Shown in pieces: positions 10,440 to 21,306 of a stretch of 64,000 nucleotides of DNA. Made by a program: the position numbers and the translations under genes. The notes under the pieces were generated by a model, which worked only from the letters and a program-made list of their open reading frames with translations, searched no databases and was not told the DNA's origin. The DNA lies in assembly GCA_963798485.1 (NCBI GenBank), contig CAWCTR010000030.1, positions 160,001-224,000 of the forward strand. The letters are read 5' to 3'. Numbering within the stretch: the stretch's first letter is position 1; the number at the start of each line of letters is the position of its first letter. This DNA comes from an uncultured delta proteobacterium. Its GTDB lineage: Bacteria; Desulfobacterota; Desulfomonilia; UBA1062.

Positions 10440-12548
10440 ATGAAAATTGGGATAGTCGGGTGTGGGCTGAATTCTGATTATCATATTAAATTCGCAAGCA
10501 CATATCCTGGGGCTGAGATTGTTGGAGTTGTAGACAAGGATCAGCTCAAAGCGAAAAAGTGTCTGGAGCGTTTCGGTATAAAGAACAGCTATTCAAATAT
10601 CGACGAGCTAACCGCCCAGGTCAAACCGGATGTAATCCATATCGTAACGCCTCCCCCGACGCACTTTGCGCTTGCATCACAGGCTATAGAAGCGGGTTGT
10701 CATGTCCTTATCGAGAAGCCCATGGCCCTCAATCTGGAGGAGGGTAAAAAGCTCTTCAAGCTGGCTGAAAAAAAAGGCGTGATGATCTGCAGCATGCACA
10801 ATCACTTCTTTGACCCCTGCATGCTCCGTGCACGGGAGCTTATTGCATCGGGCAAGCTGGGCAGGATTGTCAATGTGGAAAGCCATTACGGTTTAAATAC
10901 AAGGATAGATGCATTCAGGCGATATCCCGCTCCTGATGTGCTGCCATGGTTGTACAATCTGCCGGGGGGTGTCTTTCATGATTTCATGTCTCATCCCTTA
11001 TATGTGATGCTGCCCTATCTGGGTAACCCCGTTGATATACAGGTAATGGAGAAGAGCTTCGGCGAGCTTCCCCAGAGGATTTCAGATGAACTGAGGATTC
11101 TCATCAAAGGTGAAAATGCATTCGGTATGCTTACCTTTTCTTTTGCTGCAAAACCGCATCATCATTTTGTGAAGATCTATGGCACCGACATGATGGTCTA
11201 TGTGAATTTCGATACCATGACTACTACGCTCCACCCGGTCAGCCACCTGCCGAAGGCCGCCCAGAAAGCGACCTACAACCTGAGCGAGAGCCTGCAGCTT
11301 GCCTCCAACACGATTTCCAATGTCTGGAATTTCGGAACCGGCAAGTTAAGACCGTACCAGGGAATGAAGATCCTTATCCATCGGTTCTATGACTCCATAA
11401 AAACCGAGGGGGAGCAGCCTGTTTCAAAAAATGAGGCGTTGAATGTCCTGAATGTGATGGACAAGATATGGCCTCAAATAAAGAACACCAAGCTTCGCTT
11501 CGACCCGATTATTCCCGAGAAGACCAAACAGCCTGCCAAGGCGGGGCTGAAGGTCCTCGTGACAGGAGCATCAGGATTCCTTGGCACGAAGCTTGTGGAG
11601 AAGCTCTGTGAGAGAGGGTATTCCGTGCGCGCACTGGTTCGGAAGCTCTCGAATATCGAGAGACTCAAAAAGTTTCCTATTGAGATCCTTTACGGTGATG
11701 TCGGGAGCATGGAATCGCTCAAACCTGCATTCGAAGGGATAGATATTGTCATCCATGCGGCTGCTGATACACAAGGGCGGGAGGAAGAGAGCGAAACCAG
11801 TACGATTAAGGGAACACGCAATATTATCGATTTATGCAAGGAACATCAGGTTAAGAAACTTGTGTATATAAGCTCCTGTAGTGTCTATGGGGTTGCTGAT
11901 TACTCCGAGAACGAGAAGGTCACCGAGGATTCCGGACTCGAACGATTTCCTGAACAGAGGGGGTTCTATTCGTATGCAAAGCTTAAGGCCGAGGAAATAG
12001 TCAGGGAAGCCATGAAGAAGGGTGATGTCCCGACAGTCTGCCTCAGACCCGGTACGATCTTCGGTCCAGGTGGAGAGGTATTTACACCGATGATGGGGTT
12101 TTCACTGGGGCAAAAGGTTTTTGCAGTCATCGGGAGCGGCGATTTTGTGCTACCCCTTATCTATATCGATAATCTCTGTGATGCTCTCATTACAACAATC
12201 CATAGTAATATAGGTGACGGGCAAGTATTCAATCTCGTCGACAATGGGAATATTACTAAAAAGGAGTATACTAAGAAATTGATAAAAGAATTATACCCCA
12301 AGGCATCAGTCTTTTATATTCCGTTCAAGTTGCTTTACGAGGTTGTACATCTACAAGAGTGGTTGACCGATGTTATGGGAAGAAGGCCATTCCTCACCAG
12401 GTACCGTTTAATCTCATCACAGAAGAAGGTTATCTATGACTCTTCAAAGATCGCAAAAACCTTCGGATGGTCACCGCCATATACCATTGAAGATGGCATT
12501 AAAGCTGTTCTCGATTTTGAGCAGGGAAAGTCAGAGAGGTTGAAGTAA
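10440..12548 (+). CDS. Gfo/Idh/MocA oxidoreductase fused to an extended-SDR NAD-dependent epimerase/dehydratase
   Basis: N-terminal GIVGCG and EKP motifs; C-terminal VLVTGASGFLG and YSYAK (YxxxK). Confidence 0.85.
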   Translation: MKIGIVGCGLNSDYHIKFASTYPGAEIVGVVDKDQLKAKKCLERFGIKNSYSNIDELTAQVKPDVIHIVTPPPTHFALASQAIEAGCHVLIEKPMALNLEEGKKLFKLAEKKGVMICSMHNHFFDPCMLRARELIASGKLGRIVNVESHYGLNTRIDAFRRYPAPDVLPWLYNLPGGVFHDFMSHPLYVMLPYLGNPVDIQVMEKSFGELPQRISDELRILIKGENAFGMLTFSFAAKPHHHFVKIYGTDMMVYVNFDTMTTTLHPVSHLPKAAQKATYNLSESLQLASNTISNVWNFGTGKLRPYQGMKILIHRFYDSIKTEGEQPVSKNEALNVLNVMDKIWPQIKNTKLRFDPIIPEKTKQPAKAGLKVLVTGASGFLGTKLVEKLCERGYSVRALVRKLSNIERLKKFPIEILYGDVGSMESLKPAFEGIDIVIHAAADTQGREEESETSTIKGTRNIIDLCKEHQVKKLVYISSCSVYGVADYSENEKVTEDSGLERFPEQRGFYSYAKLKAEEIVREAMKKGDVPTVCLRPGTIFGPGGEVFTPMMGFSLGQKVFAVIGSGDFVLPLIYIDNLCDALITTIHSNIGDGQVFNLVDNGNITKKEYTKKLIKELYPKASVFYIPFKLLYEVVHLQEWLTDVMGRRPFLTRYRLISSQKKVIYDSSKIAKTFGWSPPYTIEDGIKAVLDFEQGKSERLK

Positions 12549-12653
12549 TAACTCCTACTCATATCTCCGGACACAAATTAATAACGTCTGTCATCGAAAA
12601 TGAAAACGACAAAGATTCGAGCATGAGCCGCAAGGGCAAGGAGTATTGAAGAT

Positions 12654-14555
12654 ATGTGTGGCATTTTTGGTGTGATATATAGTGATTATAAGGATTATCC
12701 GCTGGAAGAGTCTACTGATTCGCTTGCTCACCGGGGGCCTGACGGCTATGGCTATCATCGTGATGACACCATTTACATGGGCCACCGTAGGCTGAGCATC
12801 ATTGACCTGGAAGGTGGCAGCCAGCCTATATACAGTGAGGATGGGTCAAAGTGTATAGTCTTTAACGGCGAGATATACAATTTCCTGGAACTCAAGGATG
12901 AACTGGTGGAACATGGCCATGTATTCACTACGAAAAGCGATACGGAGACCATCCTTCATGCCTATGAGGAATGGGGAGAGGAATGTGTGGAGCGGCTCCG
13001 CGGCATGTTTGCCTTTGCCATCTGGGATACAAAGAAAAAGGAGTTGTTCATTGCGCGGGACAGGTTTGGCCAAAAACCACTTTTTTATGCGCAACACAGC
13101 GGAAGGTTCTATTTTGCATCAGAGATGAAAGCCATCCTTACAGACCCTGATTTTCCGAGAGATATTGATGAAGGGGCCATGGTGTGCTATTTCACGCTCT
13201 CCTACATTCCTTCACCACTTACCATCTTTTCAACCATCAGCAAACTCATGCCGGGGCACACGTTGACGTTGAAAGATGGGCGGATAAGCATACGGAAGTT
13301 TTGGGATTTGTATATTATTCCTGATAGAGGCAAGAGTGAACAATATTTTATCGATGGTTTTCTGGAACACCTTGAAGAAGCGGTGGGGACGCATCTTATC
13401 AGCGATGTTCCTCTGGGTGCCTTTTTAAGTGGCGGTATTGACTCCAGTGCTATGGTTGCCATGATGAGCAAGGCAAGCAGTGAGAAGGTGAATACCTTCA
13501 CTATTGGCTTTGGGGGTGAGGTAGGAGGGTATTTGGATGAGAGAAAATATGCCCGCATGGTAGCACAGAGATATTCGACAAATCACTGTGAATACGAAGT
13601 TCTTCCTCGTCCGGAAGGACTGATCGAGAAGATAGTCAGAGCCTTTGATGAACCCTTTGCCGATGATTCGACCATACCTTCATACTTTGTCTGCGAGATT
13701 GCAAGAAAACAGGTTACCGTCGCCCTTTCAGGACTTGGAGGAGATGAGGCCCTGGGAGGATATGAGAGATATTTGGGATTCATGCTCAGAGGTTTGTATA
13801 ACAAGATTCCTTTTTTCTTTAGAGAACAAATCTTTCGGAACCTGATTGAGAAATTTCCCGAGAGAACAGATGGTCATTACACAATAAACCACATGAAGCG
13901 ATTTATGCGTTCAGCATCGTTAAATCCTGACCTTGCTTACTTTGGGTTCGTATCAAGGATTAATCCGGATTTGAGTGGATCCTTTTATGCAGATTCCAAG
14001 AGATATGACAAATATTATGATCAATGCCGGGATATCATACGGAGCAATTTCAACAGCAGCAATGTTGATGGAAGGGAAGATGCAATCGATAGGGCATTCT
14101 ATTGTGATGTAAAAACATATCTCCCTGATGATATACTCGCTGTGACAGATCGAATAAGCATGCATCATTCGCTTGAGGTCAGAGTCCCGTATCTGGATCA
14201 CAAACTGTTTGAATTTTGTGCACGGATACCCTCGGAAATAAAGATGAAGTGGTTTCAGAAAAAATATTTGTTCAGAAAAGCAGTAAGGCCATTGTTACCC
14301 AGAGAAGTCCTGGACCATCGCAAACAGGGTTTTATCGGACCGATGACACAATGGCTAAAGAAGGATCTTAAACCATTTGTCCTGGAGTCATTATCCAAAG
14401 AAAACCTGGATAAGCATGGGTTGCTCAACTATTCTACCATACAGAGAATACTCAATGAGCATTTCGCAGGCAGGGAAATTCATGATACGCTCATATGGTC
14501 ATTATTGGTTTTTCAGGTTTGGTTTGATCTATACATAGAAAATGAAAAGATGTAG
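12654..14555 (+). CDS. asnB: Asparagine synthase (glutamine-hydrolysing)-family amidotransferase, probably acting on the glycan
   Basis: N-terminal MCGIFG, HRGPD, RLSIID, NGEIYN, FLSGGIDSS and SGLGGDE. Confidence 0.88.
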   Translation: MCGIFGVIYSDYKDYPLEESTDSLAHRGPDGYGYHRDDTIYMGHRRLSIIDLEGGSQPIYSEDGSKCIVFNGEIYNFLELKDELVEHGHVFTTKSDTETILHAYEEWGEECVERLRGMFAFAIWDTKKKELFIARDRFGQKPLFYAQHSGRFYFASEMKAILTDPDFPRDIDEGAMVCYFTLSYIPSPLTIFSTISKLMPGHTLTLKDGRISIRKFWDLYIIPDRGKSEQYFIDGFLEHLEEAVGTHLISDVPLGAFLSGGIDSSAMVAMMSKASSEKVNTFTIGFGGEVGGYLDERKYARMVAQRYSTNHCEYEVLPRPEGLIEKIVRAFDEPFADDSTIPSYFVCEIARKQVTVALSGLGGDEALGGYERYLGFMLRGLYNKIPFFFREQIFRNLIEKFPERTDGHYTINHMKRFMRSASLNPDLAYFGFVSRINPDLSGSFYADSKRYDKYYDQCRDIIRSNFNSSNVDGREDAIDRAFYCDVKTYLPDDILAVTDRISMHHSLEVRVPYLDHKLFEFCARIPSEIKMKWFQKKYLFRKAVRPLLPREVLDHRKQGFIGPMTQWLKKDLKPFVLESLSKENLDKHGLLNYSTIQRILNEHFAGREIHDTLIWSLLVFQVWFDLYIENEKM

Positions 14556-14712
14556 CACCTTTTCAAATGTCTGTTGAGGTGCCACTCAATGAGGCTGTGA
14601 TTGAATCAGAAGAGCAGTCTACTTCCATGCCAATGGAATTAATTTGCTTATATATCCAGTAAATTATCTGGATCTATAATGCTAACTGATTGAATTATCA
14701 TCAATTGCTTGT

Positions 14713-14728
14713 TGGCATTTTAATTGCT
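14713..14728 (+). promoter_or_regulatory. Sigma-54 (-24/-12) promoter
   Basis: TGGCATTTTAATTGCT with exact spacing, upstream of a PEP-CTERM gene; such genes are known to be sigma-54/PrsR regulated. Confidence 0.75.
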
Positions 14729-14839
14729 TAGACTTAATGCAATTTTGTGCTTTTAAACCAACAAATGACTCGGGGATTCTTGGGCATAAGGATTATGATG
14801 TAAGTGCATCTTTATAAAAAATGGTGTCGGAGGTTGACA

Positions 14840-16648
14840 ATGGAAAATTCAGGGATGAAGAGAAACGTCGTAATCTTAAGTTGGATGATCGCAATTCTTG
14901 TATTTGCTTTCATCGTTACCCCCTTGCGCTCGCATGCAGACGACAATTATTGGATTGGAAACAGCGGGGACTGGACCGGCACCACTAACTGGAGCCTGGG
15001 ATATGAACCCATAGCAGGGAACAATGTCTACCTCTCCCCTCAGACTGCCAATACTTTAGTTACCTATGACACGTTGAACAATCCAGTACTCGGTACCGTA
15101 CAGATCGATGGTTCCGGGGGATATTCCCTGGAGTTACAACAGACCCAGGGTACACTTACTTCCACCACTCAGTACATAGGCTACAATGGCAATGGGATTT
15201 ACACTCAGACCGGTGGTGCTAACAGCATTGGTATCACGAACAGTCAAGGAACTCTCTATCTCGGCTATAATAGTGGCAGCAGCGGGACGTACAACCTGAG
15301 CGGTGGCCAGCTCTCTACATATGGACTTGACGAGTACATTGGTTATTCCGGCAATGCTACTTTCATCCAGACTGGTGGGAGTAACTCTGCAGGGGAGGAC
15401 CTTGTCCTCGGCTATAATGCTGGAAGTACCTTCTCATACAACCTGAGCGGGGGCTATTGCGGTGCCGGTTATTTAGAGATCATCGGTTCATTAGGCGGCA
15501 CCGGGACATTTACCCAGTCTGGAGGGAGTAACGTGGCGGATTCGTTGTCTCTCGGTGCTAGTAGTACGTACAATATGAGCGGTGGTGAAATGCGGTTCCA
15601 GGGGGAATCCATCAGTGGCAAATTTACCCAAACTGGTGGTACGAATAGACAGTCAAGATTGTGAACGTTAATGGCTACTTATGAGCTGAGTGGAAATGGC
15701 TCACTCACGGCCAGTTCTGAGGAGAGAATCGGTAATTCAGCTATAGGGCAGTTCACCCAGTCCGGCGGTACAAACTTTGTAGGTCTTCTCTTCCTTGGCT
15801 ATTCGGCCGGGAGCAATGGGACATATAACTTGAGCGGCGGTACCCTAACAGGGGGCATCGAAGTTATCGGTAATAATGGTACTGGCACCTTTAACCTCTC
15901 CGGCGGAACACTCACGGTCAATGGCGGGATCACCAACAATGATACGCTCAATTACTCAGGCGGTACACTCACGACCAACCTAACCAACAACGGCAATGTA
16001 AACCTAAGCGGCAGTGGCACACGAACCGTGAATGGGGATGTGACTAACAACGGCACATTTAAGGTAACCAACACAACTGCCGTCTATACAGGTACCTTTA
16101 CCAACAACGGAACCTACATTAGTGATCCTGCAGTCAACAAGTTCTATAACCTGATAATTACACAGACCGGATACCTGCAAGGTGGCACGAGCGACCAGTT
16201 CCTCATCTCCGGATACTTCCAGAATATGAGCACCAGCACACTTTGGAACACCTCGGATGCCTTACTTGGTTTCGATGGTAGCGGTTTGCATTCTCTCCAT
16301 GAGGCCAAAGACTCTTATTGGGACACGCTTAAGATATTTGATGGCAACTCAATCTCGCTGAGCGGGACAGGTTCTCTTTACCTGGAACACATTATCGGCG
16401 TAGCCTTTGATCCGGCAGGTAACACTATCACCAATATCTGGGGGAATGGTTTGATGAATATTTATTACGATGTTGCTGATAATCCATGGCTCCATGGGAG
16501 CACCTATTCCCTCGTGGGCGGAGGATATCTCATGGCCTACAATCCAAATCCCGTACCTGAACCTGCCACATTACTTCTTCTGGGGACAGGTCTATTTGGT
16601 CTTGCCGGATTTAGAAAGAACAAGAAAAATAATACCACACATAATTGA
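14840..16648 (+). CDS. PEP-CTERM sorting-domain protein with Gly/Thr-rich beta-helix-like repeats, interrupted by an in-frame TGA at 15662-15664
   Basis: RBS GGAGG then ATG at 14840; signal peptide; repeated GTYNLSGG/FTQSGGTN units; C-terminal VPEPATLLLLGTGLFGLAGFRK. ORFs 14804-15664 and 15671-16648 are in the same frame. Confidence 0.85.
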
Positions 16649-16656
16649 AATGGTTG

Positions 16657-16684
16657 AGGCAGGGTCGAAAAACCCTGCCTTTTA
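16657..16684 (+). terminator. Rho-independent terminator
   Basis: AGGCAGGGT-CGAAAA-ACCCTGCCT followed by TTT, after the PEP-CTERM stop. Confidence 0.65.
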
Positions 16685-16731
16685 ATCTCAGCCGGGTTAA
16701 TTCCCCGCAGCTTGCTGCGGGGTAATTCATT
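16682..16731. mobile_element. Miniature palindromic element (IS200/IS605-type end, short copy)
   Basis: TTAATCTC...TTCCCCGCAGCTTGCTGCGGGGTAATTCATT; shares both ends and the hairpin with 32153-32251. The family assignment is from recognition, not a search. Confidence 0.55.
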
Positions 16732-17025
16732 GAACCGTGTTAGCATTAGCTTTATTCGATTAACATTGGGATAGTAGTGAACCATTATAATACCTTAAAG
16801 TTTGAATTGAATGATGACGAACAATCATTAGATTTACTATAAGGTAGGGGACTCTTGATGATAGAGTAATGAATTTTTCGTTGACCAGATCCTCACCTTT
16901 TTCGCGGAGCTATCATCAGGACTTATTTATAAGCACTAGATGAGATAACATAATATTGTGGTTTATTCGGTAGCCACCCGATGAGGCTTTAAAAGGGTTA
17001 TGAAATAATTCAAGCAGGAGAAAAA

Positions 17026-18078
17026 ATGAAAATTCTTGTGACTGGGAACATGGGATATGTCGGGCCATCAGTAATCAGGCAACTTCGCAAATCATATCCA
17101 ACGGCATATATTATGGGATTGGATATTGGCTATTTTGCAGGATGCTCCATATCTCAAGATATTCTTCCGGAGGTTACGCTTAACCAGCAATATTTTGCAG
17201 ATGTGAGACAGTTTCCTGAAGATATTTTAAACGGTGTCGATGCTATTGTTCATCTGGCGGCTATTTCCAATGATCCGATTGGTAACCTTTTTGAAGCTGT
17301 TACCATGGATATCAATCATCGTGCCAGTGTTGATGTGGCCACCAAGGCCAAAAAGGCCGGGGTCAAGGCCTTTGTCTTTGCATCGAGTTGCAGTATGTAC
17401 GGGTCAGCAGAAGGGAGTGCGCGTACTGAGGATGCCCCTTTAAATCCATTGACTGCTTATGCAAGATCGAAAGTATACACGGAAAGAGACTTGAAACCAC
17501 TTGCAGGTAATGGGTTTACGGTAACCTGTCTTAGATTTGCGACGGCATGCGGAATAAGCGACAGATTAAGGCTTGACCTGGTCCTGAATGATTTTGTTGC
17601 CGGAGCGGTCTCTTCCAAACGGATTTCCATACTTAGTGACGGAACCCCCTGGCGCCCACTCATTAATGTAAATGACATGGCCAGGGCCATAGATTGGGCG
17701 ATCTGCCGGCAGCCTTCTATAGGAGGAGATTTTCTCGCTGTCAACGCAGGTTGTGATCAAGGGAATTACCAAGTGAGAGAGTTAGCTGAAAAGGTGGCGA
17801 ATATCATTCCCGGGGTTAAAGTCAAGATTAACGAAAATGCACAGCCTGACAAGCGATCATATAAGGTAAATTTTGACCTTTTCAAACAGCTTGCCCCCCA
17901 TCACCAACCGGTTTACGACCTCACCGCTTCCATTTCCGGTTTGCATGAAGGTCTTCAAGCTATAGGGTTCATAAATGAAAATTTTCGCAGTTCGCTCTAC
18001 ATGCGTCTTGTGCACCTGAACCATTTACGAGAAAAGGGATATTTGAGTGATGATCTTCGCTGGATTAGGCCGATATAA
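17026..18078 (+). CDS. NAD-dependent epimerase/dehydratase (extended SDR)
   Basis: [26 protein letters not shown] and YARSK. Confidence 0.88.
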   Translation: MKILVTGNMGYVGPSVIRQLRKSYPTAYIMGLDIGYFAGCSISQDILPEVTLNQQYFADVRQFPEDILNGVDAIVHLAAISNDPIGNLFEAVTMDINHRASVDVATKAKKAGVKAFVFASSCSMYGSAEGSARTEDAPLNPLTAYARSKVYTERDLKPLAGNGFTVTCLRFATACGISDRLRLDLVLNDFVAGAVSSKRISILSDGTPWRPLINVNDMARAIDWAICRQPSIGGDFLAVNAGCDQGNYQVRELAEKVANIIPGVKVKINENAQPDKRSYKVNFDLFKQLAPHHQPVYDLTASISGLHEGLQAIGFINENFRSSLYMRLVHLNHLREKGYLSDDLRWIRPI

Positions 18079-18182
18079 AAAATCCTGTGTATGTTACAAT
18101 GCAAAATATGCAACAACTTGTGGCATTATTAAACTAATGTCAGAATAGATTGCCCTAAAAGAATAGAACTAGGAGGACTGTA

Positions 18183-19421
18183 ATGCAAGCCGCCTGCACC
18201 TGCCGTTTCTGTGGTGAACAATTGAAGCAAACGTTTGTTGACCTCGGCATGTCGCCTTTATGTGAAAGCTATGTCAGTGAAGCACAGTTGAACTCCATGG
18301 AACCCTACTACCCACTCCATGTTTATGTCTGCGGGAAGTGTTTTCTGGTCCAGCTTGATGAGTTCGTCAGTCCGGATGAGATTTTCACGGAGTACGCCTA
18401 TTTCTCATCTTATTCTGACAATTGGCTTAAGCACGCTGAAGATTACGTCACGATGACAATCGAACGATTTGGGTTGAATCATGAATCTCAGGTCGTCGAG
18501 GTAGCCAGCAATGACGGGTATCTTCTCCAGTATTTCCTTAGTCGGGGAATACCGGTGCTGGGGATTGAGCCTGCTCGGAATGTTGCCGAGGTGGCCATTA
18601 AGAAAGGTGTTACTACTGTCATGGAGTTTTTCGGTGAAGAAACGGCAAAACGGTTTCGAACAGAAGGCAATAGCGCCGACCTTCTTCTTGGGAACAATGT
18701 CCTTGCACAGGTGCCGGATATCAATGATTTTGTCAAAGGGATGAAAATCCTGCTCAAACCGCACGGGGTCATCACCATGGAATTTCCTCACCTAATCAGG
18801 CTCATGGAAGAAAACCAGTTCGATACCATATACCACGAACATTTTTCTTATTTTTCATTCATTACTGTGGAAAAGATTTTCGCAGCACACGGTTTGACCC
18901 TATTTGATGTCGAGGAACTGCCGACCCATGGCGGCTCTCTTCGTATTTATGCACGGCACAGTGACGATTATTCCCGGGAAATCAACCCAAGGGTGAAAGA
19001 GCTCAAAGCCCGGGAAGAGACAGCTGGAATCATCAATCTTGAAACCTACAAAGATTTTGCTGAAAAAGTCAAAGAGACTAAGCGGAATCTGCTCAATTTC
19101 CTGATTGAAGCCAAGCGGCAGGGAAAAAGAATTGTCGGTTATGGCGCTCCAGGTAAGGGTAATACTTTGCTAAACTATTGTGGAATTCGTACTGACTTTC
19201 TCGATTATACGGTAGACCGAAATCCTTACAAACAAGGCAAGTTCCTTCCGGGAACTCATATTCCAATTTATAGTCCGGAAAAAATATGCGATACAAAACC
19301 CGACTTTCTTTTTATCCTTCCATGGAATTTCAAAGATGAAATTATGACACAGATGTCCTGCATCCGCGACTGGGGTGGCCGATTTATTGTGCCGATTCCT
19401 GAAGTGAAGGTGTATGAATGA
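18183..19421 (+). CDS. NDP-hexose C-methyltransferase (SAM-dependent, N-terminal Zn site)
   Basis: CRFC...CGKC zinc motif, EVASNDG, FDTIYHEH, THGGSLR and GYGAPGKGNT. Confidence 0.88.
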   Translation: MQAACTCRFCGEQLKQTFVDLGMSPLCESYVSEAQLNSMEPYYPLHVYVCGKCFLVQLDEFVSPDEIFTEYAYFSSYSDNWLKHAEDYVTMTIERFGLNHESQVVEVASNDGYLLQYFLSRGIPVLGIEPARNVAEVAIKKGVTTVMEFFGEETAKRFRTEGNSADLLLGNNVLAQVPDINDFVKGMKILLKPHGVITMEFPHLIRLMEENQFDTIYHEHFSYFSFITVEKIFAAHGLTLFDVEELPTHGGSLRIYARHSDDYSREINPRVKELKAREETAGIINLETYKDFAEKVKETKRNLLNFLIEAKRQGKRIVGYGAPGKGNTLLNYCGIRTDFLDYTVDRNPYKQGKFLPGTHIPIYSPEKICDTKPDFLFILPWNFKDEIMTQMSCIRDWGGRFIVPIPEVKVYE

Positions 19422-19957
19422 TCTTTACCGAAACACCCCTCAAGGGTGCGTATATCATTGACATTGAGAAACTGGAGGACGAGCGCGGGTTTTTTGCCCG
19501 GTCCTGGTGTCGGCGCGAATTTAAAGCGCATGGGCTGAACCCGCAATTGGTGCAGTGCAATATCTCTTTCAATACCCTCAAGGGAACTATGAGAGGGATG
19601 CATTACCAGGTAAAACCTTTTGAGGAGGCTAAACTGGTTCGATGCACAATGGGTTCAATATATGATGTCATTGTAGACATCCGCCCTGGTTCTCCCAGTT
19701 TTAAGCAATACCTGGGCGTTATTCTATCTGCTGAAAATCGGAAGATGCTCTATATCCCTGAAGGGTTTGCCCATGGTTTCTTGACCATCGAGGATAAGAC
19801 CGAAGTCTTTTACCAGATGTCAGAGTTCTATGCTCCGGATCACGCAAGAGGTTTCCGGTGGAATGATCCGGGCTTCGGAATTGAGTGGCCGGCAAATGTT
19901 CATATAATATCTGATCGCGACCGGGATTATCCCAACTTCATTTTTGAGGAATTTTAA
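19418..19957 (+). CDS. rfbC: NDP-4-keto-6-deoxyhexose 3,5-epimerase (RmlC family)
   Basis: DERGFFAR, RGMHYQ, KLVRC and YIPEGFAHGF. Confidence 0.9.
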   Translation: MIFTETPLKGAYIIDIEKLEDERGFFARSWCRREFKAHGLNPQLVQCNISFNTLKGTMRGMHYQVKPFEEAKLVRCTMGSIYDVIVDIRPGSPSFKQYLGVILSAENRKMLYIPEGFAHGFLTIEDKTEVFYQMSEFYAPDHARGFRWNDPGFGIEWPANVHIISDRDRDYPNFIFEEF

Positions 19958-19962
19958 AGACC

Positions 19963-21261
19963 TTGAATTTTACCAACCTTAAAAGCTCAATCGCCCCAAC
20001 TGTAGCTGGCCAGGAAATGTATGCATTGATAACAGAACTATACCCGCTTTGTCGCAGCATCACCGGGAATGGATTACGAAAGACCCTTGGATTTCTTCGC
20101 CGTCATATCCCCATTGAGGTTCATGAAGTTCCTACGGGAACAAAGGTGTTCGACTGGGTGGTGCCTAAAGAATGGAATATCAAAGACGCCTATATAAAGA
20201 ATTCAAAAGGAGAGAAAGTAGTAGATTTCCAGGAATCCAACCTGCATGTCGTGAATTATAGTGTGCCGGTTAAAAAAATTGTTTCCCTGAAAGAGTTGAA
20301 GGAACACCTTTTTACGCTTTCTAACCATCCGGACTGGATTCCCTACAGAACTTCCTATTATAGAGAGGATTGGGGCTTTTGCATGAGCCATAACCGATTT
20401 TTGCAACTTGAAGAGGGAGAATATGAAATATTAATAGATTCAACCCTGGAGAATGGCTCACTGAGCTATGGGGAACTCTATCTTCACGGTGAAAGTGAGG
20501 AAGAAATCTTGATCTCCTGCCATGCCTGTCACCCATCATTGGCGAATGACAACCTCTCAGGTGTAAGTTTGGCTGCTTTATTGGCTAAACAAATCAGCTC
20601 TGTCAGGCGCAGGTATTCATATCGTTTCCTTTTCATCCCCGGAACCATCGGGGCAATTACCTGGCTGGCCATGAATGAGGATAAAGCTTTTAAGATAAAG
20701 CATGGTCTGGTGATATCGGGTGTGGGCGATAGAGGGAATATTGCTTATAAGAAAAGCAGGCGTGGAGATACGGAAATTGATCGGGTTGCTTATCATGTTT
20801 TAAAGAATTCTGAAGATGCATTTGAAATAATAGATTTCTTTCCCTACGGATACGATGAACGCCAGTATTGTTCTCCGGGATTTAATCTTCCTGTCGGCTG
20901 TTTTTCAAGGACACCATATGGTAAATATCCTGAATATCATACTTCTGCCGATAATCTCGATTTTGTCCAGCCTGGTTTTCTGGGGGATAGTTTCGTTAAG
21001 GTCCTATCGATATTGGAAATGCTGGAAGAAAATTTTTCATATTTAAATCTTAATCCAAAATGTGAACCCCAATTGGGTAAAAGAGGATTATATAATACCA
21101 TCGGGGTTAATGAGATGGCGATGCTCTGGGTTTTGAATTTATCGGATGGCAAGAACACGTTGCTCGACATTGCGGAAAGATCTGAACTAAAGTTTGATGC
21201 AGTTCTTAGTGCTGCTAAAACTTTAAGCGAAAATGATCTTCTGGAGAAGGTTGCTCAATAA
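19963..21261 (+). CDS. DUF4910-type protein (M28 aminopeptidase-like fold with C-terminal winged helix)
   Basis: RSITGNG, FDWVVPKEWNI, CHPSLANDNLSG, GYDERQYCSPG, EYHTSAD and CEPQLGKRGLY; TTG start. Confidence 0.8.
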   Translation: MNFTNLKSSIAPTVAGQEMYALITELYPLCRSITGNGLRKTLGFLRRHIPIEVHEVPTGTKVFDWVVPKEWNIKDAYIKNSKGEKVVDFQESNLHVVNYSVPVKKIVSLKELKEHLFTLSNHPDWIPYRTSYYREDWGFCMSHNRFLQLEEGEYEILIDSTLENGSLSYGELYLHGESEEEILISCHACHPSLANDNLSGVSLAALLAKQISSVRRRYSYRFLFIPGTIGAITWLAMNEDKAFKIKHGLVISGVGDRGNIAYKKSRRGDTEIDRVAYHVLKNSEDAFEIIDFFPYGYDERQYCSPGFNLPVGCFSRTPYGKYPEYHTSADNLDFVQPGFLGDSFVKVLSILEMLEENFSYLNLNPKCEPQLGKRGLYNTIGVNEMAMLWVLNLSDGKNTLLDIAERSELKFDAVLSAAKTLSENDLLEKVAQ

Positions 21262-21306
21262 ATTGAAAAGATCCTTCTTTTTACTTAGATAAGGAAAGGG
21301 GCTGAG

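Noticed and set aside
14654-14673. ATCCAG-N8-CTGGAT as the enhancer-binding site
   Set aside because: It is only ~40 bp from the -24 element, and I found no matching motif upstream of the 4335 promoter.
15662-15664. TGA as selenocysteine
   Set aside because: The context is a non-redox repeat protein with no obvious SECIS hairpin downstream, and two small indels explain the region better.
18121-18136. TGGCA as a third sigma-54 promoter
   Set aside because: No TTGC at the -12 position.
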